From assembly GCA_963779615.1 (NCBI GenBank), contig CAVZZA010000003.1, positions 864,001 through 928,000 of the forward strand: 64,000 nucleotides of DNA, given 5' to 3'. Below, one piece after another: positions 42,373-53,433 of the stretch. The notes beneath the pieces are model-generated. The model was given only the letters and a program-made list of their open reading frames with translations. It was not told the origin of the DNA and made no database searches. The DNA comes from an uncultured Nitrososphaeraceae archaeon. GTDB taxonomy: Archaea > Thermoproteota > Nitrososphaeria > Nitrososphaerales > Nitrososphaeraceae. Each line of letters begins with the position of its first letter. The first letter of the stretch is position 1. Both the position numbers and the translations under genes were made by a program.

Positions 42373-42425
42373 AAGCCAGAAGAAAAATAATTAGGAACAT
42401 ATTTTTATAAGTGTAAAAATCACTC

Positions 42426-42875
42426 ATGGCAATGTATGACGAAGTTTCTGCTGGGGCGGTATTACATACTATAGATGAGAATTTTGAAACAAAATACCTG
42501 ATTCTCAATTATAGCTATGGGCACTGGGATTTTCCAAAGGGAAATATTGAATTTGGGGAAACCGAAATCGAAACAATCAAAAGGGAAGTAAGGGAAGAAA
42601 CAGGAATAGAAGACATAAAACTAATAGAAGGTTTCAGACAGCAGATCTCTTACAAATATAGAAAGAAATCAAAGTTGGTAAATAAATCAGTCACATATTA
42701 CCTTGCAGAGACCACTTCCAATAAAGTGATATTATCATTTGAGCACATTAACTTTGCGTGGTTAAATTTCAATGATGCGTTAGAAAAACTATCTTTTGAT
42801 AATAGCAAAAGGGTTTTGAAAAATGCAAAGGAATTTCTTTCCAATGCAAAGGTAAATGACATTAAAACTTCTTAA
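42426..42875 (+). CDS. Nudix hydrolase, Ap4A-hydrolase-like
   Basis: SAGAV, HWDFPKG, REVREETG, LSFEH. Confidence 0.9.
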   Translation: MAMYDEVSAGAVLHTIDENFETKYLILNYSYGHWDFPKGNIEFGETEIETIKREVREETGIEDIKLIEGFRQQISYKYRKKSKLVNKSVTYYLAETTSNKVILSFEHINFAWLNFNDALEKLSFDNSKRVLKNAKEFLSNAKVNDIKTS

Positions 42876-43486
42876 ATTTTACAAAAATTTTGACAGCCAT
42901 CATCAAAATCCATCAAAAAGGAATTTAACGCGCTTATAGAAACAAGTGGGATGCCATCAATAAACTGGATGGCATTCGGCAAAAATGTCAATACAATCGG
43001 AAGAGCATTTTTTATATTCATTTTTGTTTTCTCTAAAAAAAGCACGCTACGGCTTTTTTGTTTCTCGGCAATATGTTTAAGACCAGTTAGAGAATTCTTT
43101 TTCCAGTGTTTGCAATCAATTAACAAAGCTTTTTGAGATTTTATGCCTACTATATCTATTTCCCGCCTAGGGTTATTTAATCGAAAATTTTTATAAACAG
43201 AATAACCATGACACTTCATTATTTCGGATGAAAACAACTCAAAATCATGCCAATTTATTTTGCTACATATGCTAACCAAATCAACACCATTGTAAACAGC
43301 TATCAATGCAATAGTAAGTTTATTATGAATTGAAATGCCTATTTTATTGTCTTTGATTTTTATGTCATATTGGGAGAGAAAGAACAACAATTCATCAAAA
43401 ACATCACTATTGACAATACCGAAATGTTCTAAACCAGATTCAAAGTTATCCAAGACATAAACTAACAGCGAGGGATTAAGACTCAA
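42872..43486 (-). CDS. PD-(D/E)XK nuclease-fold (Mrr-like) protein
   Basis: WHDFE, EIDIVG, IDCKHW. Confidence 0.75.
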   Translation of the reverse strand: MSLNPSLLVYVLDNFESGLEHFGIVNSDVFDELLFFLSQYDIKIKDNKIGISIHNKLTIALIAVYNGVDLVSICSKINWHDFELFSSEIMKCHGYSVYKNFRLNNPRREIDIVGIKSQKALLIDCKHWKKNSLTGLKHIAEKQKSRSVLFLEKTKMNIKNALPIVLTFLPNAIQFIDGIPLVSISALNSFLMDFDDGCQNFCKI

Positions 43487-43526
43487 AGAATATTATAATT
43501 TATAACATCAAAAGAAAAAAAAAGAA

Positions 43527-43934
43527 TTATTTTACTACTATTGTACCAGACATTTGTGGATGTAACTGGCAATAGTATGGGAATTCTCCGGCAGCAGCAA
43601 ATGTATGTTCAAATGTATCGCCTTTGCTAAGCAGTTTGGTTAATCCAGAATCAAATTCTTTACCAGAGTCCGGGGATCCTGTAGTTCCGGATGTAATGGT
43701 GTGCTGAACAGAGTCATCGTTTGTCCATATAACCTTTTGGCCAACTTTTACTTCCTGAGGGGAAGGAGGACTGTATGCTTTATCTGTCAAAGTGGATGCT
43801 CCCGGAACAATGGTGATTGGGAAGTCGGCACCCTGAGCGAAAACATTAAAGTTTCCACTGGATGAAACAGCCACTACACTAAGAATTGCAAGTAGACTTG
43901 CTGCAATGTAAACTGGTTTATTTACCTTTTTCAT
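43527..43934 (-). CDS. Plastocyanin-like blue copper protein
   Basis: Signal peptide from ATG 43934; WTNDDSVQHT and YYCQLHPQM type-1 Cu ligands. Confidence 0.92.
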   Translation of the reverse strand: MKKVNKPVYIAASLLAILSVVAVSSSGNFNVFAQGADFPITIVPGASTLTDKAYSPPSPQEVKVGQKVIWTNDDSVQHTITSGTTGSPDSGKEFDSGLTKLLSKGDTFEHTFAAAGEFPYYCQLHPQMSGTIVVK

Positions 43935-44220
43935 TAAAGTTACATTATAATATAGAGTTAATAAATATTGTGAGATTATAAAGGTAAAAACTTGTATTAG
44001 ATTTAGGTGGACTCTAAAATAACTTTCAATATTTATTAAAAAAATATAAATAATCCAACATTTAAAAATTTTCAATGTTTTATCACAATAGGTAGGTTTA
44101 AGTATCAAAACCACACCTGACAAAAAAATATAAAGGATAAAATAAAGGGAGCAATACAAGCACAAATTTTCCGGCGAATAAAAAAACATAATAAGGCATA
44201 TCAATCATTTTTAATAAACG

Positions 44221-44466
44221 ATGTCTAAGACTTGTTTAAAATGCAACAAAACCTTTGAGGAAAGCGAGGTAGAAGATCCAACATCGCAAAAATATCCATC
44301 CTGCCCTGATTGTTGGAAAGAATGGACTACCTATGCAGTAATGGTAATGAATGAAATGAGACTTGATATGTCGCTTCCAGAACACAGAAAAGCTTTAAAG
44401 AAATACGAAAAGGGATTTTTTGAAAAAACTCTTGGGGAGATAGAGAAAAAGCCAGAAAGCAAATGA
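44221..44466 (+). CDS. Fe(II)-trafficking / YggX-like protein
   Basis: CPDCWKEW...VMNEMRLDMSLPEHRK.L resembles YggX; N-terminal CLKC. Confidence 0.7.
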   Translation: MSKTCLKCNKTFEESEVEDPTSQKYPSCPDCWKEWTTYAVMVMNEMRLDMSLPEHRKALKKYEKGFFEKTLGEIEKKPESK

Positions 44467-44523
44467 CAATAATTTAATAGAGGTTACAAACACCTCCAGT
44501 AATCAATCTTATCTATTTACTAT

Positions 44524-44982
44524 TTATCCAACATTTGGGATTAATTTTACAAATTTCTTCGGGTCAGGGGTGTTTAATATTGTTTCCATGAAACAATACC
44601 ACAGTTTATCCCTTTTATTTTCAGGCAGATCATTCAGTATTTTAACCAAAGATAAAATAAATTGACTATCAAAATCCCTCAACTCCGGGGGATTTAGATG
44701 CAACTCTAATAGATACGAGTAAAAAATAGAGTTTATTGAAGAGTTATCCATTTCGGACAGAGAAGTCAACCATGAATTAAAAAGATCCAACACTTTGGGT
44801 TTTTCTATCTTGCCATAGTTCTTTAAAATATTGGTGATTATTTCCTTTTTTTCGGATTGGTCAAAACCATTAAATTCATCCAATCTTTTTTTGATAATGG
44901 CATTTCTGAATCCAACAGGCAAGTTTGACAAGATAATCAGAATATTTTCAATGAATTTTGATGCTGATGAGTTTTGACCCAT
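44524..44982 (-). CDS. hypothetical protein
   Basis: Helical 152-aa ORF from ATG 44982. Confidence 0.65.
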   Translation of the reverse strand: MGQNSSASKFIENILIILSNLPVGFRNAIIKKRLDEFNGFDQSEKKEIITNILKNYGKIEKPKVLDLFNSWLTSLSEMDNSSINSIFYSYLLELHLNPPELRDFDSQFILSLVKILNDLPENKRDKLWYCFMETILNTPDPKKFVKLIPNVG

Positions 44983-45114
44983 GTAGAAAAATATTGGTTC
45001 TGTAATTTTTTTCTTACGGAATATGATTTTACAGGAAAAAAATAATAACAATGATAATAATTTAAAATGGAACTATTAAGATTAAATATTATATAATTTT
45101 TATAAAAATGATAT

Positions 45115-46122
45115 ATGCCTTGTACGGTTACGATAGGTGGATTTTATGGCGACGAAGGAAAAGGGAAAGTTATAGCTTATTTGGCAATTAATGACAATTA
45201 TAATTTGGCCGCAAGAGGGGGAGTAGGACCTAATGCAGGACATACCTTTGTCCAAAACAATAAAGAATATAAAGTTAGGATGTTACCTAGCGCAGTATTA
45301 AACAAAGATACGAAACTATTGATTGGGGCAGGCGTATTAGTGGAACCTAACACGCTTTTGAAAGAAATCAACACATTTGATGCGATTGACAGAACATTCA
45401 TAGACTTCCAGTGTGGCATTATTGAACAGCATCATCAAGAGAGAGACAAGAAAGATGATCATCTAAAAGAAACCATTGGCACCACGGGTACTGGAACTGG
45501 CCCCGCCAATGCAGACAGAGCATTGAGAAAATTAAAACTTGCAAAAGACATTCCTGAAGTGGCTTTATTCTTGGAAGATATCAGTAATTCGATTAACTAT
45601 TCAATAGACAATAAAGAAAATGTTCTCATAGAAGGGACACAGGGAACTTTTTTATCGCTGTATCATGGAATGTATCCGTTTGTAACTTCTAAGGATGTAA
45701 CTGCTTCTGCAATATGTTCTGATGTAGGTGTGGGTCCAAAAAAAATAGATGACGTTTTAATTGTTTTTAAATCATATGTTACGAGAGTGGGAGAAGGTCC
45801 GTTAGCAAATGAAATAGGTACTAAAGAAGCTAAAGAAAAAAATTGGTTGGAATTTGGTAGTGTAACAGGGAGGGAAAGAAGAGCAGCACCCTTTGATTTC
45901 AATCTTGCAAAAAAATCCATTCGAATTAATAGTGCTACCCAGATTGCACTAACAAAATTAGACATCATTTTTCCTGAATGCAAAGGTATTAAAGATTATT
46001 CAAAACTTACAAAAGAAGCAACCAAATTCATAGAGAACATTGAATCTGAAGCAGGTATTCCGGTTACAATAATAGGCACAGGAGCTGAAATTAATGATAC
46101 CATAGATCGAAGAAAAAAATAG
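45115..46122 (+). CDS. purA: Adenylosuccinate synthetase (short archaeal form)
   Basis: GDEGKGK, GPNAGHT, EGTQG, YPFVTS, VTGRERR, TKLD. Confidence 0.96.
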   Translation: MPCTVTIGGFYGDEGKGKVIAYLAINDNYNLAARGGVGPNAGHTFVQNNKEYKVRMLPSAVLNKDTKLLIGAGVLVEPNTLLKEINTFDAIDRTFIDFQCGIIEQHHQERDKKDDHLKETIGTTGTGTGPANADRALRKLKLAKDIPEVALFLEDISNSINYSIDNKENVLIEGTQGTFLSLYHGMYPFVTSKDVTASAICSDVGVGPKKIDDVLIVFKSYVTRVGEGPLANEIGTKEAKEKNWLEFGSVTGRERRAAPFDFNLAKKSIRINSATQIALTKLDIIFPECKGIKDYSKLTKEATKFIENIESEAGIPVTIIGTGAEINDTIDRRKK

Positions 46123-46479
46123 ACAGATAATTTACAAATGTGAAGAAAGAAAGCATGGGTTCAATCAGGTTTAAACTATGCAAAAACAATCCATCGAAGA
46201 TAGAAAATACTCTTTAGAATCACTAAATAAACAGATGACAAATATATTAAAATCCACATAGTTTTGCCATTATTTTTTATTTGAAAATAAGTTTAAGGAA
46301 GCAGATTATGATCTTTATGCATATTCAGTTACACAACTCACCTATTTATCAAAAGGCAGCAATGACAGGTACAAAATTCAAACCCCACAACAATACACAA
46401 TCTGATAAAAATTAGCTTTTAATTTAAACCAAAAAGAAAACGCTTATAATCCTAGCAAATACTAAGGATAAAGGTAATA

Positions 46480-47916
46480 TTGTACTTCAAAGAAGGTCTC
46501 ACCTTTGATGACGTTCTTCTTGTTCCAAAGAGATCGCCAATAATGTCAAGATCTCAAACGGATTTAAAAACTAAATTATCAACCAATATCAAAATCAATA
46601 TTCCAATAATTAGTGCCAACATGGATACAGTTACAGAATCAGGCATGGCTAGTGCTTTGGCAAGAGAAGGAGGCATAGGAATAATTCACAGGTTTACGAC
46701 AATACAGGATCAAGTTAAAGAAGTATTAAAGGTAAAAAGAAGTGAATCAGTTATAATAGAGCAGCCTTACACAATTGGTCCACACAACACGATAAAAGAA
46801 GCTCATGCCATCATGTCTGAAAAAGGCATTTCGGGCTTGTTAGTTGAAGATGACAATAAAAAACTTTGTGGGATAATCACACGTAGAGACATTGTATTTG
46901 AGAAAAATCTGAACATGAATGTTTCAAGTTTGATGACCAAAGATGTCATTTCTGCAAAAGTCGGAACAACAATAGAACAAGCGAAGGAAATACTTCATAA
47001 AAATAAAATGGAAAAATTACCTATTCTTGACGAAGAAGAAAAAATTATTGGCCTAATAACTGGGAAAGATATATTAAAAATGGAAAAATATCCCAATGCA
47101 TCAAAGGATAAGAAAGGAAGGCTACTAGTTGGTGCTGCAGTAGGCGTGAAAGACGATTATCTTGAAAGAACCGAAGCGTTGCTAAACAATGGAGCAGATG
47201 TAATTGTGGTAGATATAGCCCATGGACATAGTGACAATGCAATAAATACGGTAAAGCTAATAAAAAAAGCATTTCCAACCTGCGAGCTAATAGCTGGAAA
47301 CGTAGCGACTGAAAAAGGAACGGAGGATTTAATAAAAGCAGGGGTTGATGCGGTAAAGGTAGGGGTAGGTTCAGGTTCTATATGCATTACAAGAATAATA
47401 ACAGGTTCAGGAGTTCCACAATTAACTGCAATAATAGATAGCGTAAAAATAGCAAAGAAATACGATATTCCAGTGATTTCGGACGGAGGAACAAGGACTT
47501 CAGGAGATGTAACCAAAGCTTTAGCAGCGGGGTCATCTTCTGTAATGATAGGAAGCATGTTTGGAGGCACAGACGAAAGTCCAGGCAAAACACTAGTCAA
47601 AAACGGAAAAAAATATAAGATGTATAGAGGAATGGCTTCGTTTTCGGCATCATTAGGTAGGAAATACAGAGAAAATGCAGAGATGAATATAGACAATGAT
47701 GATTTGAATGATTACGTTCCAGAGGGAGTAGAGGCAATGGTTCCCTATAAAGGGAGTGTTATAGAAATAATACGGCAATTAGTTGGGGGTGTAAGATCAG
47801 GTTTAAGTTATTGCGGCGTAAAAACAATTAGCGAAATGTATGAAAATGCAGAGTTTATAAAAATTAGCGCGGCCGGATATAAAGAAAGCCAGCCTCACGA
47901 TGTGGATGTGATTTAG
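46480..47916 (+). CDS. guaB: IMP dehydrogenase with CBS pair
   Basis: LTFDDVLL, SANMDTVT, GSGSICITR, DGG, YRGMAS, EGVE. Confidence 0.97.
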   Translation: MYFKEGLTFDDVLLVPKRSPIMSRSQTDLKTKLSTNIKINIPIISANMDTVTESGMASALAREGGIGIIHRFTTIQDQVKEVLKVKRSESVIIEQPYTIGPHNTIKEAHAIMSEKGISGLLVEDDNKKLCGIITRRDIVFEKNLNMNVSSLMTKDVISAKVGTTIEQAKEILHKNKMEKLPILDEEEKIIGLITGKDILKMEKYPNASKDKKGRLLVGAAVGVKDDYLERTEALLNNGADVIVVDIAHGHSDNAINTVKLIKKAFPTCELIAGNVATEKGTEDLIKAGVDAVKVGVGSGSICITRIITGSGVPQLTAIIDSVKIAKKYDIPVISDGGTRTSGDVTKALAAGSSSVMIGSMFGGTDESPGKTLVKNGKKYKMYRGMASFSASLGRKYRENAEMNIDNDDLNDYVPEGVEAMVPYKGSVIEIIRQLVGGVRSGLSYCGVKTISEMYENAEFIKISAAGYKESQPHDVDVI

Positions 47917-48568
47917 AAGTACACTGGAGAAGGGTATATCAATACCTTATTTCAAAGTCACAAAAACAGTTGATACATTAATCAATAGCCCATTCCTGAC
48001 AAGTAACAGCAACAGCCAAGTTTTACCCTAATCAGGTTTTTAAAAGCGCCTTTATTTTTAATATTTTATTAGATGTAAATAGGTACACCCGGTCAATAAA
48101 AAAAGTATATTTTTATTTGTAGAAACGTAAAAGGCAAGTTTTCACCTAATTGATGGCAGTAGATCTTGTATTATTTTAACAAATACAAGTGCACACAATT
48201 TAACTTATGATGATATCTCATTTACATATTTGCACTTCCAATATCAAAAATAACAACTATTTAGCAAAAACCCTAGAGGCGATATTAAATTATAAAAGAT
48301 ATTTACAAAGACAAATAATATAATAAATTTATAATTTAAGCTGTGATGTATTTATCGTTGAAATGGAGAATATTATCTAGTTACAGGAATAAGATTCTAA
48401 AGATAAATCACCCCAGAGCATTATAAAACACTACAAATCTAAGCACACTTCTTTAAACTTACATTGTTTAATTAACAATATAGAAATTAAATATTGGATC
48501 ATTCCTTGATAAAAAAAACAAAAAATTAATTTTTGATATTGATTTTCGGTTTACGAAAATAAAATTAA

Positions 48569-49582
48569 TTATCTTGTCGAGTTGTTTGTTTCACCTAGTG
48601 GAATATTAATGAATGGAACTGCACCGACATTGTTGCTGCCGCTGCCGCTGCCGCTGCCGCTGCCCCCTACGCTACCGGTTACTAATGGAAGTTTTCCATC
48701 CCACCTTTGTGCTTTTAGCCAATCAAGATAGGTGGTGCTATTTTTAAGCTGTTTATCAATTATGTTTATAGCTTCTGATTCTCCTTGTGCCTTTAATATA
48801 TTGGCTTGTCTAGTACCTTCGGCTTGTGCAATGTTGCCTTTTTGATCACCTATAGCCTTTGCTTCAGTTTGCTGGGCTTCAATTTGTATCCTTCGAAGTT
48901 CATTTGAAGCTTGTAATGCGCGTTGTTCAGCTTCTACTTTAGACTCTACTGCCCTAACAAACTGTTCAGAAAACTTGAAATCGGTAATTGAAATGGTATC
49001 AACTACTATGTTATAGGGAGCCAACCGGGTCTTTATCTGTGTTTCAATTTCAGACTTTACAAGTTCCCGTTTTGTAATTAATTCTTCAGCATTAAATCGA
49101 GCGGTAACTTGCTTTACAGACTCCTGAATAGCAGGCACTATAACCCTATTAGAATAATCAAATCCAAGCTGTTTATACAATGCCGGAACAGCATCGGGGT
49201 CTACATGATAGTTCAATGCAACTTCTGTAACAACGTTTTGGAGATCTTTTGATGCAGAGGTAGTACTTTCAACTATTTTTTGAGTCCTGACTTCAAATTG
49301 TACAATAGAATCTCTAAACGGAAGAATAAAATGAAGACCTTCGCTTAATGAAACGCTGGTATCTATAGCACCAAATTTTAGCAATACACCACGAAAGCCA
49401 CCATCAACAATTTTTACACTGGATGACAAAATAACAAAGATAATTACTACTGCGATTATTGCGGGAATTGCTATTCTCAGGGGACTGGAGAATCCCATTC
49501 CACCACCTCCACCAACATCTTCCAATGGTTCACCATCGGGAGTAATTCGTCTACTTCGTTTACGTCGGAAAAAATTAGCCAC
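48569..49582 (-). CDS. Prohibitin/SPFH (band 7) membrane protein
   Basis: TM helix, EGLHF..PF, SKDLQ, AVESKVEAEQ, RWDGKLP. Confidence 0.92.
   Translation of the reverse strand: MANFFRRKRSRRITPDGEPLEDVGGGGGMGFSSPLRIAIPAIIAVVIIFVILSSSVKIVDGGFRGVLLKFGAIDTSVSLSEGLHFILPFRDSIVQFEVRTQKIVESTTSASKDLQNVVTEVALNYHVDPDAVPALYKQLGFDYSNRVIVPAIQESVKQVTARFNAEELITKRELVKSEIETQIKTRLAPYNIVVDTISITDFKFSEQFVRAVESKVEAEQRALQASNELRRIQIEAQQTEAKAIGDQKGNIAQAEGTRQANILKAQGESEAINIIDKQLKNSTTYLDWLKAQRWDGKLPLVTGSVGGSGSGSGSGSNNVGAVPFINIPLGETNNSTR
48635..48664. repeat. (GCTGCC)5 hexamer microsatellite encoding (GS)5
   Basis: Five perfect copies in the 3' part of the SPFH gene. Confidence 0.9.
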
Positions 49583-49631
49583 ATATAACTAATAGAATTG
49601 AATTAATTTAAATATTTGTAAAATAATTTAC

Positions 49632-49925
49632 TTATTTGCGATTACCAAAATGTTCTAAAAATTCCTTAGATAACTTTCCGGTGTCCATCAAACTAAACTC
49701 CTCTTTTAAATTATTTTCTTTTATCCATACAATGTTACCATCTAAATCAATTATGATAAGATTAGACCTTTCCAAATATCTCAAAATTGCATTTATCTTA
49801 TCCAAAGTTAAGCGAGGCGATAAAATCTTTCTAAAATCTCTCAATTTAGGAAATTGCGGTACTTCCTTAATTTTATTTAAAAAATATTCTACATCAGATT
49901 CTGAAAAGTCATTTGAAGCAGACAA
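49632..49925 (-). CDS. hypothetical wHTH-like protein
   Basis: INAILRYLERSNLIIIDLDGNIVWI. Confidence 0.65.
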   Translation of the reverse strand: MSASNDFSESDVEYFLNKIKEVPQFPKLRDFRKILSPRLTLDKINAILRYLERSNLIIIDLDGNIVWIKENNLKEEFSLMDTGKLSKEFLEHFGNRK

Positions 49926-50068
49926 ATCCCTTTTTTTATTGATTTTTTTTTTATGTATACAAATTTTTGTGAAATTTTTACTAATAAGTCTTTTCGTGAT
50001 AATTGCTGGGGTAGCTTATTAGATGATGCCAATGTTCTTTATAAATAAAGAGAACATATAATTGAAAA

Positions 50069-50400
50069 TTGAAAATTGAAAACATTATTGATGCTCAGCC
50101 TTTTGTTTTACTACTAACTATATCCTTATCAACAGGAATTCATAATTGGGGAAATGGATTAATTGTATCAGCTATAATAGCAATAGGAGAAACATTATCA
50201 AGTCCATTTCTTGTGATGGGGTTTGTTTTACACATTGTTTCCGAAGGGATCACAATTTAATCCCCATCAATTAAAACCAAAACATGAACAATAATATCAG
50301 TCTATTGGGTATTAAAAATAATTTCTAAACTCCTAGTTATTATTAGTTTATTTATTGCAAACCAGCGGTATTCAAATATCACATTAACGCATTACTACCT
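50069..50400 (+). pseudogene. ZIP-family metal transporter fragment
   Basis: GIHNWGNGL and GFVLHIVSEGI are decayed versions of the two HNxxEG motifs of ZIP transporters. Confidence 0.55.
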
Positions 50401-50733
50401 ATAGAACTGACTCCAACATTCAGACGTTTTTGCAACAACTAGACACAATTAAAAACGGCGAAAACAAAGAAAGAAAATATGACTGAAACAAAATAAAAGT
50501 CCAATCATTTCAATCTGTTTGAAACAAGATTGGATTTAATGTGTATTGAGTTTATTAATATATCGCATAAAAAAATAAACAAGGGATTATCCTGTACGAT
50601 AAGTTAAACATACGGTTAGTCAATAGAAGAGCCCGGCAGAATAAAGAATAATCAGCCTGATAAGGACTTGCTTTGTTCGTGGTATTCATAATGGAAAAAA
50701 GAAGAAAAAGGGAATCAAACGAGAACATGCAAA

Positions 50734-50990
50734 ATGGAAGATTATCTTGAAGTGATTTGTGAAATTCCAACAAAAAGATGCGTTACCACTGCAGACATTT
50801 CCAAATACCATAATGTCAGTTCTCCAAGAGTGAGCAGAATTGTAAAAAAACTAAATGAAAAACAGGATTTAATTATGAAAAGTACAGCAATCCAAGACCA
50901 ACATCTGAAGGCATTCAAATTGCAAAACCAGGTGCTGAAGGAATGATTATCATATTCATTCCCGAACTACCAAAAAACTTGAAGAATTTA
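50734..50990 (+). pseudogene. DtxR/MntR-family metal-dependent regulator fragment
   Basis: MEDYLEVI..TTADISKYHNVSSPRVSRIVKKL, then NYEKY..TSEGIQIAK after a frameshift. Confidence 0.7.
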
Positions 50991-51099
50991 TAATGATAAT
51001 TTAAAAGAGAATCAAAAATTGATTGAAGATTCACAGCAATAAGATATAAAAAAACATAGTCAAAATAGAACTACAGTTATTAGTGCCTAATGTTAAGCA

Positions 51100-51393
51100 T
51101 CATGGGAAGGGCAATTTAAGGTACGAGTCATAATAAGAAATATCAACAATCTTATTATTAAAAGAAAGGCCAGCCCCACTTAATTTATTATCAAAATACT
51201 TGCCACAAAGATTCAGAAAATCACAACTTGTGTTCAAGGTTTGATTTGGTTTAGAAACCTTAGATTGGACATAAGTGAAATACTGATCTGGAAATGATTC
51301 TGAAAAAGTATATTTAAGCGACAACCCATCTGTTGATAAAATAATCATAAATGCAACAGAAGAAATGGCAATAGATTTAGATATCAAATTCAT
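51100..51393 (-). CDS. Putative exported protein
   Basis: Signal-peptide-like N-terminus; C-terminal YLKLPFP. Confidence 0.5.
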   Translation of the reverse strand: MNLISKSIAISSVAFMIILSTDGLSLKYTFSESFPDQYFTYVQSKVSKPNQTLNTSCDFLNLCGKYFDNKLSGAGLSFNNKIVDISYYDSYLKLPFP

Positions 51394-51610
51394 ATAGGAT
51401 TACAATGTTTTTGAGAGTAAATTATAATTGCATTTCCATCAATAGTGCTATTATTTTGATTCTAACAGATATACTAGAAAAAATAACACCTTAAAAAGAA
51501 AAGATCTTGTAATAACCATCAATAAAGTTCCAATTCAATAAAAAAATTGGTGATTGTAATAAGAATATGTAATTATTTGATATTAAAAGAAGTATTTTTA
51601 TATGCAATAG

Positions 51611-52357
51611 TTATTTTATGAATTCGAGAGAATCTATGAATGATCTTACAAAGTTAAAGTTTTTAGAATGGGCATTTTTATCAGACTCATACTCAAGAAT
51701 ATAGACTTTTTTATCTTTAACTATTAAAACACATATAACCTTATTGATTTTATCGCCACTCGTAAATTCAAAAACTATCACCCTTGAAGGTAAATTATTC
51801 TTAAGAACTACTTCTCCTGATTCAGATTTTTTAAAATTAAAATTCTCAAGTTTCTTGTCCAGAATTTTTTGAAAGAACGTAATTGCAAAACCATCCAATA
51901 TAGATTTTTGATTTTGTTTATAATTGGCAAAAATGTTTACGAGATCGTTAAAAAAGTTGTAATTCAGTTTATGCGAATAAATCGAAAAACGCTGAGCATC
52001 ATCTGGGGAATGAAAAAAAACTAATTCTCTGTAATCCGGATCAAGTTCCAAGTGTGTGACTGGATTTAAAAATCCAACTAGCCAGTTTTTAGGATAGTTT
52101 ACGGTGAATCCCTCTACAGAATTTACATAATTATAATAATTGATGTCCTTATTTGTACTATTAAATATAAAAGAAGGGTTGGATGCAATTGAAAGATTGC
52201 TAGAAGATGCAAAAGCCGAGATCCAGTTAGGCACAACAAAATAAAAAATAGATAAAACTATAAACAGCAAAATATAATTTTTTGGGGAAACACCATATAC
52301 ACAGATAGCATTTAAATACATTATTGACATTTTAATAAAACCCATCTCACTTATCAC
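51611..52357 (-). CDS. PsbP-like exported protein
   Basis: TM segment, YVNSVEGFTVNYPKNW, KVYILEY...FIDSLEF. Confidence 0.65.
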   Translation of the reverse strand: MISEMGFIKMSIMYLNAICVYGVSPKNYILLFIVLSIFYFVVPNWISAFASSSNLSIASNPSFIFNSTNKDINYYNYVNSVEGFTVNYPKNWLVGFLNPVTHLELDPDYRELVFFHSPDDAQRFSIYSHKLNYNFFNDLVNIFANYKQNQKSILDGFAITFFQKILDKKLENFNFKKSESGEVVLKNNLPSRVIVFEFTSGDKINKVICVLIVKDKKVYILEYESDKNAHSKNFNFVRSFIDSLEFIK

Positions 52358-52601
52358 AAATAAGTTAACTAATGAAAATAAATATAATAAGATTTTTAGA
52401 TTTATGCAGATTACGAACCGTAGCTTTTAATACGGAAAAAATAGAAATTTGGTTTTAATCCGTGGCTCACCTGTAACAAAACAGCACAAAGAAAAATTGG
52501 TACAAAGAAACAAAGGATAGAAACATCAAAAAATGACAAAGAAAAGGTATATTTTCAGTTGAAATTTTAATGTATCATAGATAAAAGGGAATTGATTTCA
52601 A

Positions 52602-53369
52602 TTGCAGGTGTCTGACAAACAGAAAAGTAATGACAGGAAAGACATTGGAACCCTTATAGTGGTTGAGGGGATAGATGGGTCTGGAAAGTCAACTCAAATA
52701 CACCTGCTGGATAGATGGTTGAGATCAAAAGGATACAACGTTTTTTTTACCGAGTGGAACTCTTCCGCATCTGTTAAGGAAATTACCTCCAAGGGCAAGA
52801 AAAAGGCCATGTTGACCCCAACAACCTTTTCTCTCCCTCACGCAACGGATTTTGCTGACAGGTATGAAAGGAATATTTACCCGCTGTTGAGGGCTGGGTA
52901 CATCGTACTTGCGGACAGGTACGTCTATACCGCGTTGGCAAGGGACATTGTTAGGGGATGCGACAAGGAATGGGTGGAAAACATCTACAAGTACGCAATT
53001 AAACCTGACATAATTTTTTATTTTCAGGTGCCTGTAGAAACTGCAGTCAACAGAATCATAGCAAGCAGGCCAAAACTAAAATATTATGAGGCTGGAATGG
53101 ATTTAAAGTTAAGCAAAGATGAACATGAAAGATACAGGATATTCCAAGGGAGAATCGTTGATGAATATGAATCAATGGTAAACCCGGAGAGGTTCACAGT
53201 AATTGACGGTACCATGGACATTGAAAAACAACAAAACATGGTAAGAAAACGCGTCCTAAGGTCCTTAGGCAACAAAAAAACACTCCTGGGTGACACACTT
53301 CAGGAAGGTAACGATATAAAAGTGGTGACAAGGGACGAGGTTAAAGCAGCCAATCAGCAAAAACAATAA
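52602..53369 (+). CDS. Thymidylate-kinase-like protein A (intact P-loop); candidate polyphosphate kinase catalytic subunit
   Basis: EGIDGSGKST, FTEWNSS, HATDFADR, LADRY, YYEAGMD. Confidence 0.85.
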   Translation: MQVSDKQKSNDRKDIGTLIVVEGIDGSGKSTQIHLLDRWLRSKGYNVFFTEWNSSASVKEITSKGKKKAMLTPTTFSLPHATDFADRYERNIYPLLRAGYIVLADRYVYTALARDIVRGCDKEWVENIYKYAIKPDIIFYFQVPVETAVNRIIASRPKLKYYEAGMDLKLSKDEHERYRIFQGRIVDEYESMVNPERFTVIDGTMDIEKQQNMVRKRVLRSLGNKKTLLGDTLQEGNDIKVVTRDEVKAANQQKQ

Positions 53370-53433
53370 AATAAAGTTTATAGATACGGGAATAAAGTAT
53401 CTTCAGGACATAGAGATAAAGGGGTCTTTTGTA

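Noticed and set aside
43935-44204. Long N-terminal extensions in the ORF track (blue-copper protein; also pfkB 22323-22379 and the 44983-45051 segment)
   Set aside because: AT-rich promoter DNA read through in frame; downstream starts give typical proteins
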